Positions 29,301-39,800 of a stretch of DNA of 64,000 bases are shown here, piece by piece. The translations under genes and the position numbers were made by a program. The stretch comes from Candidatus Zipacnadia bacterium. GTDB lineage: Bacteria; Armatimonadota; Zipacnadia; Zipacnadales; UBA5352. The stretch covers positions 7,563 to 71,562 of the forward strand of contig JALGSU010000013.1 of the NCBI GenBank assembly GCA_029821735.1, given 5' to 3'. The notes beneath the pieces were generated by a model that saw only the letters and a list, made by a program, of their open reading frames with translations, had not been told where the DNA came from and made no database searches. Within the stretch, counting starts at the first letter, position 1, and every line of letters begins with the position of its first letter.

Positions 29301-30256
29301 CCATTGATCGGGATGCGAGCGGCGATGCTCGCGTTCTGGGCGTGGTACTCGTAGTTGCCGCCCTTGCCGGCCGCGAAACTCTCATAGTCCTCGTGGTTCC
29401 CGAGGAAGCAGTCGTAGGTGTGGTTGACGACCGCAGCGTCGCCCACATAGTGGCACGCCGCCCCCAGGTAATACAGTGCCGTCTCTTCATAGCCGCGGCC
29501 CGGCAGCGGTTGGATCTGGCCGTTCCAGGCTTTCACTGCGAGTTGGTAGAACTGCTCGGCGCGCACGGCGGAGGACTCGTAGTGCTGACGGACGTCAGGC
29601 TCAATGTCGGTGGTGGCGAACGCCAGGGCATCGAGGCCCACCACCGCGGCGCCCAGCGAACTGAGGATGGGGGCAAAGGCCATCGCCATCCCCTCGATCT
29701 GGTCCCAGATGACGAGGTCCAGACCTGTCGGGTCCAGGGGCTGCCCGGCCGGAAGCTGGCCCGCCGGGAGCGTCGCCGGTCTGGTCGCGGCCGCACGGTC
29801 CGGGTTGTAGTAGTGGTCCATGCTGGCTTCGTTGCACACCCGGAACTGCCAGGTCTTCACCTTGATTGGGAATGGGATGGTCTCCCACAGGCTCACGTAG
29901 ATCGTGAGGTTCTGGCCCATGCGGTCGGGCCACATGCAACCGTCAACCAGGGCTTGATGGAACTCCAGCGTGCCCCCTGCCCAGTTGCCGTTGTTCTCGG
30001 CCTCGAGGATTTCAGCGGCGTGCTCGATGATGTAGGCATGTGGGCTGACGTGGTAGAAGCCGTAGTCGCCCGTCTCCATCTTCGCGTGTCGGTAGTCCTC
30101 GGGACCCTTGGGATCCTCCACAATCGTGCTGGGGACACCCCAGCCCAGGGCCGGACGGGCGCACAACACGATGACGGTGAGGACACAGATCGTCGAAAGC
30201 AGTATGGGGCGAACGACAGACGCGAGGCGGCATGTCGGGGAGTCCGATCCTGACAT
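26357..30256 (-). CDS. secreted multidomain protein: zinc-dependent phospholipase C / P1-nuclease-like N-terminal domain, carboxypeptidase-regulatory-like domain, P/Q/G-rich linkers, two C-terminal LamG/DUF1080-like lectin modules
   Basis: Predicted cleavage at ARPALG|W leaves an N-terminal Trp. Motifs with PLC-like spacing are MDHYYNPD, CHYVGDAAVVNH (H+4 D+6 H) and NHEDYE (H+4 E). GGVFDTQGNPLPGIYVF...TDAKGTYRIP is CarboxypepD_reg-like. There are two ~160-aa C-terminal repeats. GGGAGGTG sits 6 nt upstream of ATG 30256 (the ORF opens at GTG 30265). Confidence 0.8.
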   Translation of the reverse strand: MSGSDSPTCRLASVVRPILLSTICVLTVIVLCARPALGWGVPSTIVEDPKGPEDYRHAKMETGDYGFYHVSPHAYIIEHAAEILEAENNGNWAGGTLEFHQALVDGCMWPDRMGQNLTIYVSLWETIPFPIKVKTWQFRVCNEASMDHYYNPDRAAATRPATLPAGQLPAGQPLDPTGLDLVIWDQIEGMAMAFAPILSSLGAAVVGLDALAFATTDIEPDVRQHYESSAVRAEQFYQLAVKAWNGQIQPLPGRGYEETALYYLGAACHYVGDAAVVNHTYDCFLGNHEDYESFAAGKGGNYEYHAQNASIAARIPINGLPTLPTAYDYVARCAAQVHDYNHFQQVEGPGASTTSGADALRTIKGIQGADFGAALRYAMPIAEVYTAGLIAKFFKDIQVPAQTPPLLGGVFDTQGNPLPGIYVFYTEGGAWSHTRTDAKGTYRIPALRGSVMVRPAHPNYNYEGGYTQTMGGPGEAFGNACPVTYNFKGFATGSDLLSFRMKPLPKEGVVGAVLNFDGQQPAQPAQTPQMVQLAPQTMTQMGAAQLSVTGQRLAMEMPPPLNLQPVLASGASLQLSGSQVSARMAERVCNGLLRFDFVSAYRVAALANPISPEQGIVERNRPWGNQIGEMDVQVEVKHYIDMMTGQLVTTQAQLINTIDAARAKFAKARSGQLFPQLAQQVQGVQSYKQLAQISPGQVQPGQIDMGLVQGLQLAANALPASTVQLANGKTVSVITVPGSRDELGAAGTLLGHGLLPIPASSGVQLQASIVPGPGYVGTIFAQPLTLTTDAQGRAAFRILSGTHAGKMRVAIRVTSDPLVQYAQPSQSLDILVTPIGTIDGQVIHPALMALKPWDAPDYTQPAGGGLPQQQQQPGVILQGAPPVQGQQPGVVVGPTGPVVGPDGQVTGPGGPIIQQGQPAVLPQPGMGSQVQTGAGMMSETFDTAQPQGWELFEGAQVVNGALTFPTGGGAFWMTPPTSNPGLAFKFMPGNGFGVVGLCAAGEPPQNQSYELHMHPGEVGLIRLQAGQGQELGGAPVQMQSNTWNDILVQVNNGQIQVSVGGQVVLTASDPQPLGPGQVMLAGPAGGGASYDNVALMSGAAGTQMPGGQTITEQPPGQPTVVQPQPGVVGPAQQTGATLSQDFEGRQPQGWEFDPTASVANGMLAFAGPGHAFWVQAQGRNIALSFRHRPAAGECQVIFCASGEPPNGSSYNFVVSPGGMELVRITGQQIQALGRAQAALTPGEWFDLSIAVTNGQITVTVGGQQVITATDPQPLPAGTVGFGQIDGQGAAFDDVSFRAQ
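26360..27448 (-). repeat. intragenic tandem duplication: two ~160-aa LamG/DUF1080-like modules separated by a 42-aa P/Q/G-rich linker
   Basis: Copy 1 spans ~26972-27448 and copy 2 spans ~26360-26845. Shared blocks are QPQGWE[LF], NG[AM]L[TA]F, GEPP[QN], SY[EN] and NGQI[QT]V[ST]VGGQ[VQ]V[LI]TA[ST]DPQPL. Each copy is preceded by a linker rich in Q, P and G. Confidence 0.75.
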
Positions 30257-30421
30257 TGCAGGCACCTCCCACGAACGGTCTATCGTGTCGGTCCTTGCTG
30301 CGGCTCAGTCTCAGGCTGCAGGCATAGCAGCGATGCTGCGGCAACCCCCGTTGCCACTATATTCCTTCGCTTCAGCTCTGGCCATTCCTGCACGATCACG
30401 CGAGCTGCAGGCCCTGCCAAC

Positions 30422-33397
30422 TTATTGGGGTGCGGGAGCATTGCCTCGGAAGCCGAAGCTGTAGAGCCGCGTTCCCGGCGCGCGCAGGTGGAAGCGCAGC
30501 CGGATGTCGCGACCGGCTGGCAGCACCTTGCCCCCGCGCCAGGTCACCGGCACGGCCAGACCATCCTTTGCTTGCACGCGGCAGGCCGCGAGGTGGAAGC
30601 CTTTGATCGGCTCGAAGGTCGCAGCGTCCAGCACCTCCACCACGAACGCGCCCGGGTTCCCGGCGGCGCCCTCAAGGTTCACCGTCAGTCCCCTGCGTTC
30701 GCCAACGGGCGACTCTATGGGGATGGTGGTGACCGTCGCCTGGTCATGCCCGGCTTGCGGCGTGTAATACGTCCACCCGTTTACGCGGATCGTGGCCATG
30801 CCGATCTCCGTCAGGTTGTGCCCGAAGCCGTCCGTTCCTTCGCGGCGGCCGGCGGTGCCCCGATAGTAGACGCGAACAATATCGCCGTCGAGCATCGGAG
30901 ACATCTGGAATATGTAACCCGAGTCCCAAGCTCCGGGAGGGCCAACCGGAAGGACCCGTTCCCCGTTCTTCACACGCGTGAAGTTGAAGCCGTCGCGGCT
31001 GACGGCCAGCCCTACGTCCGTCAATGGCCGCCCGGTAGTGCCCGGCCAGTAGAAGCAGAAATACAGTCCTTCGGCGACCCGGACAGACGTGGCGTAGATC
31101 TCGTCCTCACCTTTGCCTGCAACGGAGTCCATGTACACCTGTCCGCGCATCGTGTAGCTCTTGCCGGTTGAGCCGATCCCGGCTTGTTCGGGATCACTGC
31201 CATAGGGGTCGTCCGGGTCGAGGAGGTGCTCCAGTCCGGACCAGCCAACGAGGTCCTTGGTCCAGGTCACACCCCAAGAGCGGCCGGTCTCGGTGTAGAC
31301 GCGGCTGTATATCCGGATCGGTCGCTCCGGATCCGTCGGATCGAAGAAACTGGGCCGGCCTCTCTCCCGCATGGCCTCCGTTGCGGTAGTCTGCGCACCT
31401 TCGGTCCACTCAGTGCCGTCCGGGGAGTACTCGACCCAGTATGTCCCTCGATTCTCCGTCGAGAATGCGAGCCGCATGTACTTCTTCGCCGGATCAGTCT
31501 GATCCGGATTCTCATAGTATGGCGGCGGCGTGTTCGCTGGGTTCCCCTTCCAGTATGCCAGGGGACGAGTCGGAGTCTCTTCCGCTTCGGGGAGGTCATC
31601 CGGGAGCTTGTCCACCATCTCGAAATGCACGCCGTCGCGGCTGACGGCAGTCCCGTAACTGCTGCCCCCTTCCTCCAGGGGTGACGAGTAACCCATCACG
31701 TAGGTATCCCCGCGTTTGCTCACCGACGCGCCCCAGACCACGGGATTGTCGCCGCGCGGCGACAGCGCCGGATATTGGCTGGGCTTCGTCATCTGGTTGA
31801 GGGCGAAATCGACGCCGGTAGTTGCTCCCACTTCGAGCGAATCGAGGAAGAGCACCTCCCGCTCTTCGGCAACTGAGAGCGATGGGATTCTCAGACGATC
31901 GAATATCGCCCGGTCATTGCCTCCCGCTGCAGCCGCGTAGAAGAGCAGTCCGACATCGGTGGCGTCGGCAGGCGCATGCTTCTCCGCGTTCACCGGGAGA
32001 GCGGGCGCGTTGAAAGGCCCACGGCATTCGTGAACCTGTCCGAACTCTTCTCCCATCCACCGTGCGGTGCAGGCCCAGCGCCGCGTTGTGTTCTGCCAAA
32101 GCGCCCACACCACACCGTGCCGGTCGCGGAACATGACCGGCCAGCCCAGCTGCTCGATCTGCGGAAAGACCCGGCCGGTACCCCGTTTGCCCCACATGCC
32201 CCGGCGCATCACAACGATCTCCTCGGCACGGACGATGCTGTCCGTGCGCCACCCGTCTTCCGTGAGCTTCGCATAGCCGATGGCCGAGCCGCCACCGGCG
32301 CGCTGGCTGATCTTCTCCCCAAGATCGAGCGGCATGCTCCGAATGCCGTCGTGCAGGAAAGTGACCAACGGACGCCCGTCAGCGACCATGATGGAAGGAT
32401 GGAAAGCATATTCGCGCGCAACCTGCTCGGCGGGAAGCCATTCCCCCTCCGGCGTACGGCGCGCCACCCAGATGCTGAAATCCCGCCGAAACGCGAGATA
32501 GACCGAACCGTCCGGTGCCAGGTCCATGACGGCGTCCTGGCTCTCGCGTTCGGACATCGGGATTTTGGCGCCCGGCCGACCCATGTCGGACATGCCCGCG
32601 CCCAGCCCGCCCGCCGCCTCGGGCTCCCCACCGGAGACAGACTGATAGTACACCGTGTCGTCGCTCGAGTAGCTCACCACCACACCCCCGTCAGCACCGG
32701 ACATGATATCTCCGGGACGACAGGGGCCGTCGACCAACCGGCGCGGAGTCGTCCACGCCCCTTTCTCCCGCAGGTCCGGCGGGGCGCCGTTCCCGAGGTC
32801 CGCCTCTGCATGCCAGAGCCCGTCGTCGCTATGCCAGATGACGTGCAGGCGGTTGCTGCCGTCGATCGTCATGCTTGCGCGGCTCGCTTCGCCCTGCGCG
32901 GGAAACACGGCTTCCCCCTCGGCTCCCACGAGTTCCATGACCTCCAGATCCCCGCCACGCGGCCGGTAGGGGTTGGTGGACTTCCCGCTTCCCGTGGCAA
33001 GAAGGATCTTCTGCCCGTCCTGCTCGATGACGACAAACCAGTTCCCCGATGCGTCCCGAACGATCTGGCGTCCGTTCCACGGCAGTCTATCGAAACCGGC
33101 TAGCGGCCTCAGGCCGTCCGTGGACTCCGACTTGACCTCCAGCGCGTCCCCGGTACCCGGCACACGTAGCACGAAAGGATCCCACATGCCTTCGTGGTCC
33201 GCCGGGCTCGTGGGAACGGAAGGCATGTCCGTGTGAGCGGTATACTCGCCGAATTCGCCGCCCCAGGCGGCCGCGAGTGAGCAGGCCGCAAGCGCGACGG
33301 ACAGGAGCAGTAGCCCGAACATGCCGTTCCTTGCCTGGCGCCCTCTGCGATGGCTCGGGGCAGAGGGGGAACTTCCACCGATGCAGTGCTCTCTCAT
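30422..33397 (-). CDS. secreted two-propeller protein: sialidase-fold-like N-terminal half and GH43/GH32/GH130-like five-bladed-propeller-like C-terminal half
   Basis: AAGGAG sits 7 nt upstream of ATG 33397. A hydrophobic signal (MFGLLLLSVALAACSLAAAWG) follows a charged N-region. Repeated blade motifs are AVSRDGVHFEMV, YSPDGTEWTEG and AVSRDGFNFTRV, plus VRVYYRGTAG. A beta-sandwich forms the C-terminus. Confidence 0.7.
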   Translation of the reverse strand: MREHCIGGSSPSAPSHRRGRQARNGMFGLLLLSVALAACSLAAAWGGEFGEYTAHTDMPSVPTSPADHEGMWDPFVLRVPGTGDALEVKSESTDGLRPLAGFDRLPWNGRQIVRDASGNWFVVIEQDGQKILLATGSGKSTNPYRPRGGDLEVMELVGAEGEAVFPAQGEASRASMTIDGSNRLHVIWHSDDGLWHAEADLGNGAPPDLREKGAWTTPRRLVDGPCRPGDIMSGADGGVVVSYSSDDTVYYQSVSGGEPEAAGGLGAGMSDMGRPGAKIPMSERESQDAVMDLAPDGSVYLAFRRDFSIWVARRTPEGEWLPAEQVAREYAFHPSIMVADGRPLVTFLHDGIRSMPLDLGEKISQRAGGGSAIGYAKLTEDGWRTDSIVRAEEIVVMRRGMWGKRGTGRVFPQIEQLGWPVMFRDRHGVVWALWQNTTRRWACTARWMGEEFGQVHECRGPFNAPALPVNAEKHAPADATDVGLLFYAAAAGGNDRAIFDRLRIPSLSVAEEREVLFLDSLEVGATTGVDFALNQMTKPSQYPALSPRGDNPVVWGASVSKRGDTYVMGYSSPLEEGGSSYGTAVSRDGVHFEMVDKLPDDLPEAEETPTRPLAYWKGNPANTPPPYYENPDQTDPAKKYMRLAFSTENRGTYWVEYSPDGTEWTEGAQTTATEAMRERGRPSFFDPTDPERPIRIYSRVYTETGRSWGVTWTKDLVGWSGLEHLLDPDDPYGSDPEQAGIGSTGKSYTMRGQVYMDSVAGKGEDEIYATSVRVAEGLYFCFYWPGTTGRPLTDVGLAVSRDGFNFTRVKNGERVLPVGPPGAWDSGYIFQMSPMLDGDIVRVYYRGTAGRREGTDGFGHNLTEIGMATIRVNGWTYYTPQAGHDQATVTTIPIESPVGERRGLTVNLEGAAGNPGAFVVEVLDAATFEPIKGFHLAACRVQAKDGLAVPVTWRGGKVLPAGRDIRLRFHLRAPGTRLYSFGFRGNAPAPQ

Positions 33398-33520
33398 CGT
33401 TCGCTCCTTCTCCGCTACCTGGTGTGGTATTGCTCTCGTCTTGGCGCCACCTGCAGTGAGAGTGTTCAGCCTTTCAGGCCGACTTCCTGCCATGAACGTG
33501 GCTAAACGCAGACCGTGGCC

Positions 33521-36516
33521 TCAGATATCGATGGGCGCCACGGTGACCTCGGTCTGGCCGCGCAGTGGCACCCGTACGCGCAACACGCCGTCCGCGTCGG
33601 CGACGACGGGAGCATCGACGCTGGTAACCGTGTAGCGCTCGCCGGGCGTGATGACAAAGTCGCCGCTCCCGAACTCCAGACGAACGGAGCCGCGCCCGCT
33701 AAGGATCAGACTCGCGCCTGAGGCATCGTAACGTTCGAAGATGAGATTGACCGGGCGGCCGGATCTGGCCCGAACGGGAACGCGTTTGAGGACGGCGCTC
33801 TCCTTCGGCTGCAGCTCGACTTGAGTGCGGACGCCCTTGCCGTCGACCGTCGTCAGGAAGTTCGCAGGAATGGAGACGCCAATCGGGTTGTAGCGGTAGG
33901 CGAAGTGCAGGTCGTCGGCGCCAGCCCAGCCATACGCGCCCGATCGGCTCGTGACGATGCGCTCCTTGCCGCGCACGATACCCGAATGGATAGACTCGAT
34001 TGTGATCGGGAACATCTGCTGGGGGAGCGACGGATAGGTGAGTTGGTTCTCGCCGTAGTAGAAGTAGAGCAAGCCCCAATCCAGTTTGTCGAGGACGTCG
34101 GTGTAGACGTCGGCCTCGTTGTGGATCACGCCGGGGTTGCCCAGCGCGCAGGGGGTCTGTGCCAGATGCGTGTCCGGGCCGCTGCTGCACTCCTGGTCGG
34201 TGATGAGATCGAGCCTGCCGATCGTGCGGGTCATCGTGATGCCGTTGGCGACGACCCTCGCGCCTCTGGCGTTCATGCGCTCCGTGTATTCCACCATCGA
34301 TGGCTGCGACATCAACAGGACCGATCCGACTTTGCGGGTGATTGTCTTCGTCTCCGGGTCGATATCCACCGTGTGCCCGTCCCAGCGATCGTACGTGTAG
34401 GCTGAGCCGTAACCGTGCATGAAGCCATCCATGAACGCGCCGTTGCACCCGATCTCGTCGACCATCACGTCGACGCTCTTCATCAGCGCATCGTGGAACG
34501 AGTTGCCGGGCATCGGGTAGTAGATGTACCAGCGCCAGCCGGCCTCATGCCGCGCCCGGCTGAAGTAGGCGCAGGCGTCGTAGTTGTAAGGGTAGATGAC
34601 GTGGTTTGGGCGACATGGAACATGAGTTGCACGTCCGGGTTGTCCTCGCGGATCGCATCGAACTCCGCCCTGATCCTCGCGCGCTCCTTCGGCAGCCAGA
34701 GGAAGTCAATGCCTTCGATCTCAATCTCCGGGTCGTCCGCAACGTGCGTCAAGCATCCGAAAGATCCGTACAGCGTGTTGCGTAGCTGCAGGTGCTCGGG
34801 CGTGACGCCGCTGCGGCGGATGAACGCGAAGCCGCCATCGACCGTGCCGTTGCGATCCTCGTCGCGGCGGGCAAGGTTCAGGAAGTCGTAGTAGTCCGGT
34901 GATTCGACTGGATAGACAGCCCACTCGACGGTATACTCGGCGTCTTTCGCCAAGCCGAACCTGTCGTCGCGGACACCCGCGCGGCCATCCTTGGCGAAGA
35001 CGGTCGAGTGTACCACCGTCAAGGCGGACGGGCTCTTGGCCTCGCGCCGCTCCGTGCCCTCGGTGTAGCCCGCAACGACTGTCGTGTCGAAAGGCTCCTG
35101 CGCCGCGAGAGCGTTCTCGAGGATGATCCCCAGGTCATCGCCACTGGTGTTGCGGATAGTGTCTGTGATCAGGACGCGAGTGGGTTCGCGAGATATCCGG
35201 CGTGTGACGGAGTAATGCGACCCCTCGGCCAGCACTTCGTGCAGGCCCTGCTTGATTCGCTTCATGGTGACGCGGAATTCAGCTTCGCCGGCATCATCCG
35301 GCTTGCCCGGAAGCAGGCGGTTCTCTCCGCCCTGAGGATATGAGAGCGACGACTCAAACCGCAGCCGTCGGCCTCCGCACACCACCGTGAAGCCTCCACC
35401 TGCGCCGATCTGAACCGAGTATTTCGCCGGTGCCGCCACCGGTGGCAGCGGATCAACTTTGACCTGAGCTGGACGCGGCACAACGGGCGCCTCTGGTGGC
35501 CAGACGAAAGTCGCCTCGCCCGAGATGTCAGCCCCTTCGGGCGATGACAGGGCGGCGATAACTCGGTGCTCACCGGGGGGCAGATCACTACATTCGAACG
35601 TCGCGCGCAGCCTCCCGGACGTCGGCAGTGCGGCGAACTCGGCCGTCTGCGCAAGCTGATCGCTCTCCGCGAGTTGGAGGCCGGCCGTGACCTTGGCGCC
35701 GTCCGGAACCGGGAAGACCCCGCTGAAGTCCAGGAGCGAGACCATCCGCCCTTCGCTCCGGAAAGGGTAGTTGATGACCCTCATCTTGTCGAACCACGTC
35801 GTGTCAACGCCGTACTCGCCCGCCGATTGCTTGTAGTGATTGAGGATCTCAGCCTCGCTCAACGCCCGGTCGTAGACAGCAACGTCATCAAGCTGACCTC
35901 GCCAGTGCGCCTTCGAACCATACCCCGGGTCGGCCGATGCGGGGCTCGCCACTAACACGCCCATGAGGAAACGTTGGCCTGCGTCAATCGCTGGCTTGGC
36001 GGATTGCTTCGATCCGAGCTTCACGCGGTTGACATAGAGCGTCATCGTCGTGCCGTCGAAAGTCGCCGCAACGTAGCTCCACTCGCCAATCGCCAGGCGT
36101 GCCCTCAAGTTGTTCCCGCCGCCCGAGATGTAGAACCACGTGTTGCCATCTCGGTAGTGAGTGAGCCCGAAGCTGTCGTAATACTTGCCCAGGATCATCG
36201 GTTCGTTGGCCGGCAGCGCCCCCGGCTTGATCCAGGCCTCGAGCGTCACGGCCTGCCTCAAATCGAGGCTTGCGCTGTTGCCGCAGTCGACGTAGTCATC
36301 CGCGCCATCGAGGCTGACAGCCTGACCGCTGCCCCTCGGCACCAGCGTGGCGCCATGCAACACACCATCATTCCCGTTGCCGGACAGGTCGGCAACAGTG
36401 CCGTCCGCCGCCTCATCAAATGACCACTGACCCACAGGGCCTTCCGTCGGCTGTGCCACTGCCGTCGCGCTGCAGAGCAGTACGGTCACGGCAACCAGTA
36501 AGGCCAGATTCCTCAT
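33521..36516 (-). pseudogene. LamG-domain secreted protein (~998 aa if repaired) split by a 1-nt frameshift near 34607-34612
   Basis: The upstream ORF (34483..36516) has a signal peptide and a Laminin_G_3-like module (LSGNGNDGVLHGATLV...LDGADDYVDCGN...LEAWIKP...YVAATFDG). After ...DVQLMFHV it degenerates into TTSSTLTTTTPAPTS junk. The -1 frame continues sensibly (PNHVIYPYNYDACAYFSRARHEAGWRWYIYYPMPGNSFHDALM...) into ORF 33521..34513. The switch point is GTCGCCCAAACCAC, which contains C3 and A3 runs. Confidence 0.75.
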
Positions 36517-36810
36517 GTGCAGTTTCCTCTCGGTCTAAGCCGGGCTTCCCCGCATGGAACCAAGCGCCCGGGCGTCAGTAGAATTATCAAGCTTTCATGG
36601 CAATGCTTCACCAATCGAGCTTCAGCAACCTGCACGAGCGGCTTCCGAAGCGGTAGATGGCGCGCACCGCCCATCGAGTCTCACGCAAGTCGGGCGAGGA
36701 ACCGAGATCCAGGCCAATGGCAGGAGATCGGTAGGAAGTGGGGCAGGGAAGGGCGAATAGGATGCCCGTGTCTCAATGTGCTCGCTGATTACCGTTGGCA
36801 TGGAGACCAG

Positions 36811-39800
36811 ATGATGTGGACGAAAGTGACTTGGGTTACGCTGCTCGCTGCGATCGCCTTGGCGGCACTACTGCCGGCCAGCGCGGCCACGCTCAACCCT
36901 CCCGTCAATCTGCTGTCCAACCCCTCCTTTGAGCAGGCTGCCGAGGGCAACGAGGAGTTGGCGCAGGGGTGGGGCCTCTACCAGTGCGGATACACCCGCA
37001 CTCGCGAACGAAGCTACGCCCCCGATATCTCCGGGCCCTGGAGTTGCCGCATCACCGGCGCCGACCAGACCGATGAGAAAGGCCTCGGTGGCACGAGTAC
37101 GGCTGTGGTGGACCCGCCGGCCCATGGCACCTTCGCCGCCACCAACAGCATCTATGTCGCCTCCCATACGCAGGGGGCCATCTACGGGGCGTATGTGACC
37201 GCGCGCTACACCGATGACACGGAGAAGACCTTCAGCTTCAGGCTCAGCGACGCGCAAATCAAGGCAAACCTGGGCACCTGGAAGACCTACCGGCATACCT
37301 TCACCACCGATCCTCTGAAGAAGCTTAAGGCCCTGTCTTACTGGTGTCTGGTCTGGGCCAAGGACGAGCAGAAGTTCATCGGCACGGTCTACTTCGACGA
37401 TGTCGAACTGCGTTCGGTGGACACCGACGGGCAGGCGGACGCCGCGCTCCCTTTTGCGTTCGTCTCGCGCACTCCAACGCCTCCCCGCATTGACGGCGTG
37501 ATGGACGACGAGTGCTGGCGGCACTCGCTGGAGCTGTCACCCTTCCTGCTCAGTTCGGGCGTCGAGGCGGCGATGGAACAGACCAGAGCGCGGCTGGCCT
37601 TCGATGAAGACCATCTGTATCTGTTCCTGGAGTGTCGCGAGAGCGTACTGGATCCGGTGCTGCAAAAGCGTGCCGCCTTCAAGGCCACTCAAACCGAGCA
37701 TGACTCGAACGTCTTCAGCGACGATGCGGTGGAGGTGTTCCTGCAGCCCTCACAGGAGGAGAGCGCCTACTACCACATCGCGATCAATAGCCTCGGCACG
37801 ATCTACGATGCCCGCTGCGAAATCGACGGAGTATACGACAAGAGCTGGGACTCCGGCGCGGATGCGGCGGGCCAGGTCGGGGAGCGTTCCTGGACCGTGG
37901 AGGTCGCGATCCCCCGCGAGCAACTGTCACCGGACGAATTCTCCGCGATCGATGGGTGGCGAGCGAATCTCTGCCGCACGGAGAAGCCCTCGGTCGAGTC
38001 CTCCTGCTGGTCTCCTACCGGCGGCTCCTTCCACACCCCCGCACGCTTCGGGCTCATCGCCTTCGGCCCGCCGGCGCTGAGCGGGGGCGAAGTCGATCTG
38101 GGCGGGTTGCGCAAGGGGGTCAATCACCTCCGGTTGGCCGTGACCAGCCCCGCTGCCGAAGAGCATACGGTCACCGTCACCGCCTCGGCCAGTCAGGGCA
38201 ACGGTTCGAGCGAGGTGGGCCGGGAATTGGCCCGCATCGCCCCGGGTCAGACCGAGACCATCGCGGTGGAGTACACCGCGCTCTCCGGCGAAGGCGCCCT
38301 GCAGTATGAGGTCGCTCAAGATGGCCGGGTTCTGCTGGTCTCGCCGGCCTACCCGCTGCAGTCCGACAATCCCTTCATCGCGTGGTTGAGTGTGCGCGAC
38401 AATCCCAGCAGTCATGCCATTGGGGACTTCAGCGTGGCCCAGGGGGAGACGCTGGTCTTGCCACTGGTGCTGCTGGCCGGAATTGAGGAGGAGCAGTTCC
38501 GCGAGGCCACCGTGACGTTGGAGGTGCCGCATTTCCTGCGCCTGGTGAGCCCGCTGAGTGGTGCGCGGCGTTGGCCCGCACCCCTGAGCGTGACGGAACA
38601 GACCATAGTGCGCGACGGCCAGCCTTACCGGCGCCTCACCCTTGAGTTTGGCGCCCGAAGCATCACCTTCGCCGGGGCGCGCGAGCAGCGCCTGTATGTC
38701 GAGAACCCATTGCTTTTCCAGGCCGAATACGTCGGACAGCAGGACCCCCAGCAGGCCCGTTCCCCTCTCGCCTATGAGGTCTCGCTCAACGGTCAGAGCC
38801 GGGCGAGCGGCAGCCTGCCGCTGACCTTGCTGCCGCCGCTGGCGCGCAAGTCCCCGCGCGAGGTCGTGGTCTGCAACTGGCCTTGCGCCAGCATCTACGC
38901 CAATCAGTTCCTGGGCCGCCTCAGCGAGGCCGAGCAGTCGACGATCTTCGATTCGTGGACTCGCTCGGGGTTCAACATCTACGCCCACGGGGGGCGAACG
39001 GCGACTGAGCGAGGGCTGAAGACCGCCAAGGGTCTCCCCGGCACGCTTGACGGTCTCTGCGCCGCTGCCCCGGGAATCGTTGACTACCTGCGCGCGAATC
39101 CGCAGTATCAGAGCGCCACGCTTGAGGGCAAGCCGTTGCCGATCTCCATCTCGCCAGCCCATCTGTTGGACGAAACCTGTCCCGCTCGCCAGATGCTCAA
39201 GGACTACGTCGGTAAGCTGGCCCTGGTCGAGCCGGTGCTGAGCTGGGACTATGAGGTGCCGGTCGCCTATCCGCAATCGATCGGCTTCGGCGCACACAAC
39301 CTGGCCGCCTTCCGAACGTTCGCCAACATCGCCGATGACGTGGACCTGACCCCCGAGGTCGTGGTACGTGACTACCGCCCGCAGTGGGTGGACTTCCGCT
39401 GCCACCAGAACGCCGAGGTCACGGGGCTGCTGCAGGAGGGCATCAAGGCCGCCAACCCGGACTGCATGTTCTTCGTCTATAGCGGCTACCACGGTGAGCA
39501 TACGCGCGAGACCTACGGGATCAACTGGGAATACGTCGCCCCGCATCTGGACCAGGCCTGGTGCGGCTACGGGCGCCCCGTCCAGAAGATTCAGGACACA
39601 CTGCAGGTGCTGCAGGGCAAGCCGCTGGTGGGCGGGGAACTCGTCTGGCTGGGATATGGCAACTGGTATCCGCTGGACCGCACCGAGACGCGCCTGATGC
39701 GCAGGCTGACCGACTGCGCCGGCGGCTTCATGGTCTACTACGATTGGTTTGTGGACGGGCGCTTCTACGCGGCGATCTCGCGCACGGCGGCCGTCGCCGC

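Noticed and set aside
34604-34615. Programmed -1 ribosomal frameshifting at CCCAAAC.
   Set aside because: The heptamer fits X-XXY-YYZ only in the -1 frame, not in the incoming zero frame (GCC CAA ACC). No obvious downstream stimulatory structure was seen. A homopolymer indel is the simpler explanation.
36517-36810. Long N-terminal extensions of track ORFs, here and at 23011..23130, 11847..11954, 14059..14289, 33398..33493, 57255..57344, 61104..61163 and 6173..6241.
   Set aside because: The extensions are Arg/Pro/Gly-rich with no signal peptide. Internal starts are preceded by GGAG-type SD sequences and immediately followed by signal peptides or conserved N-termini.
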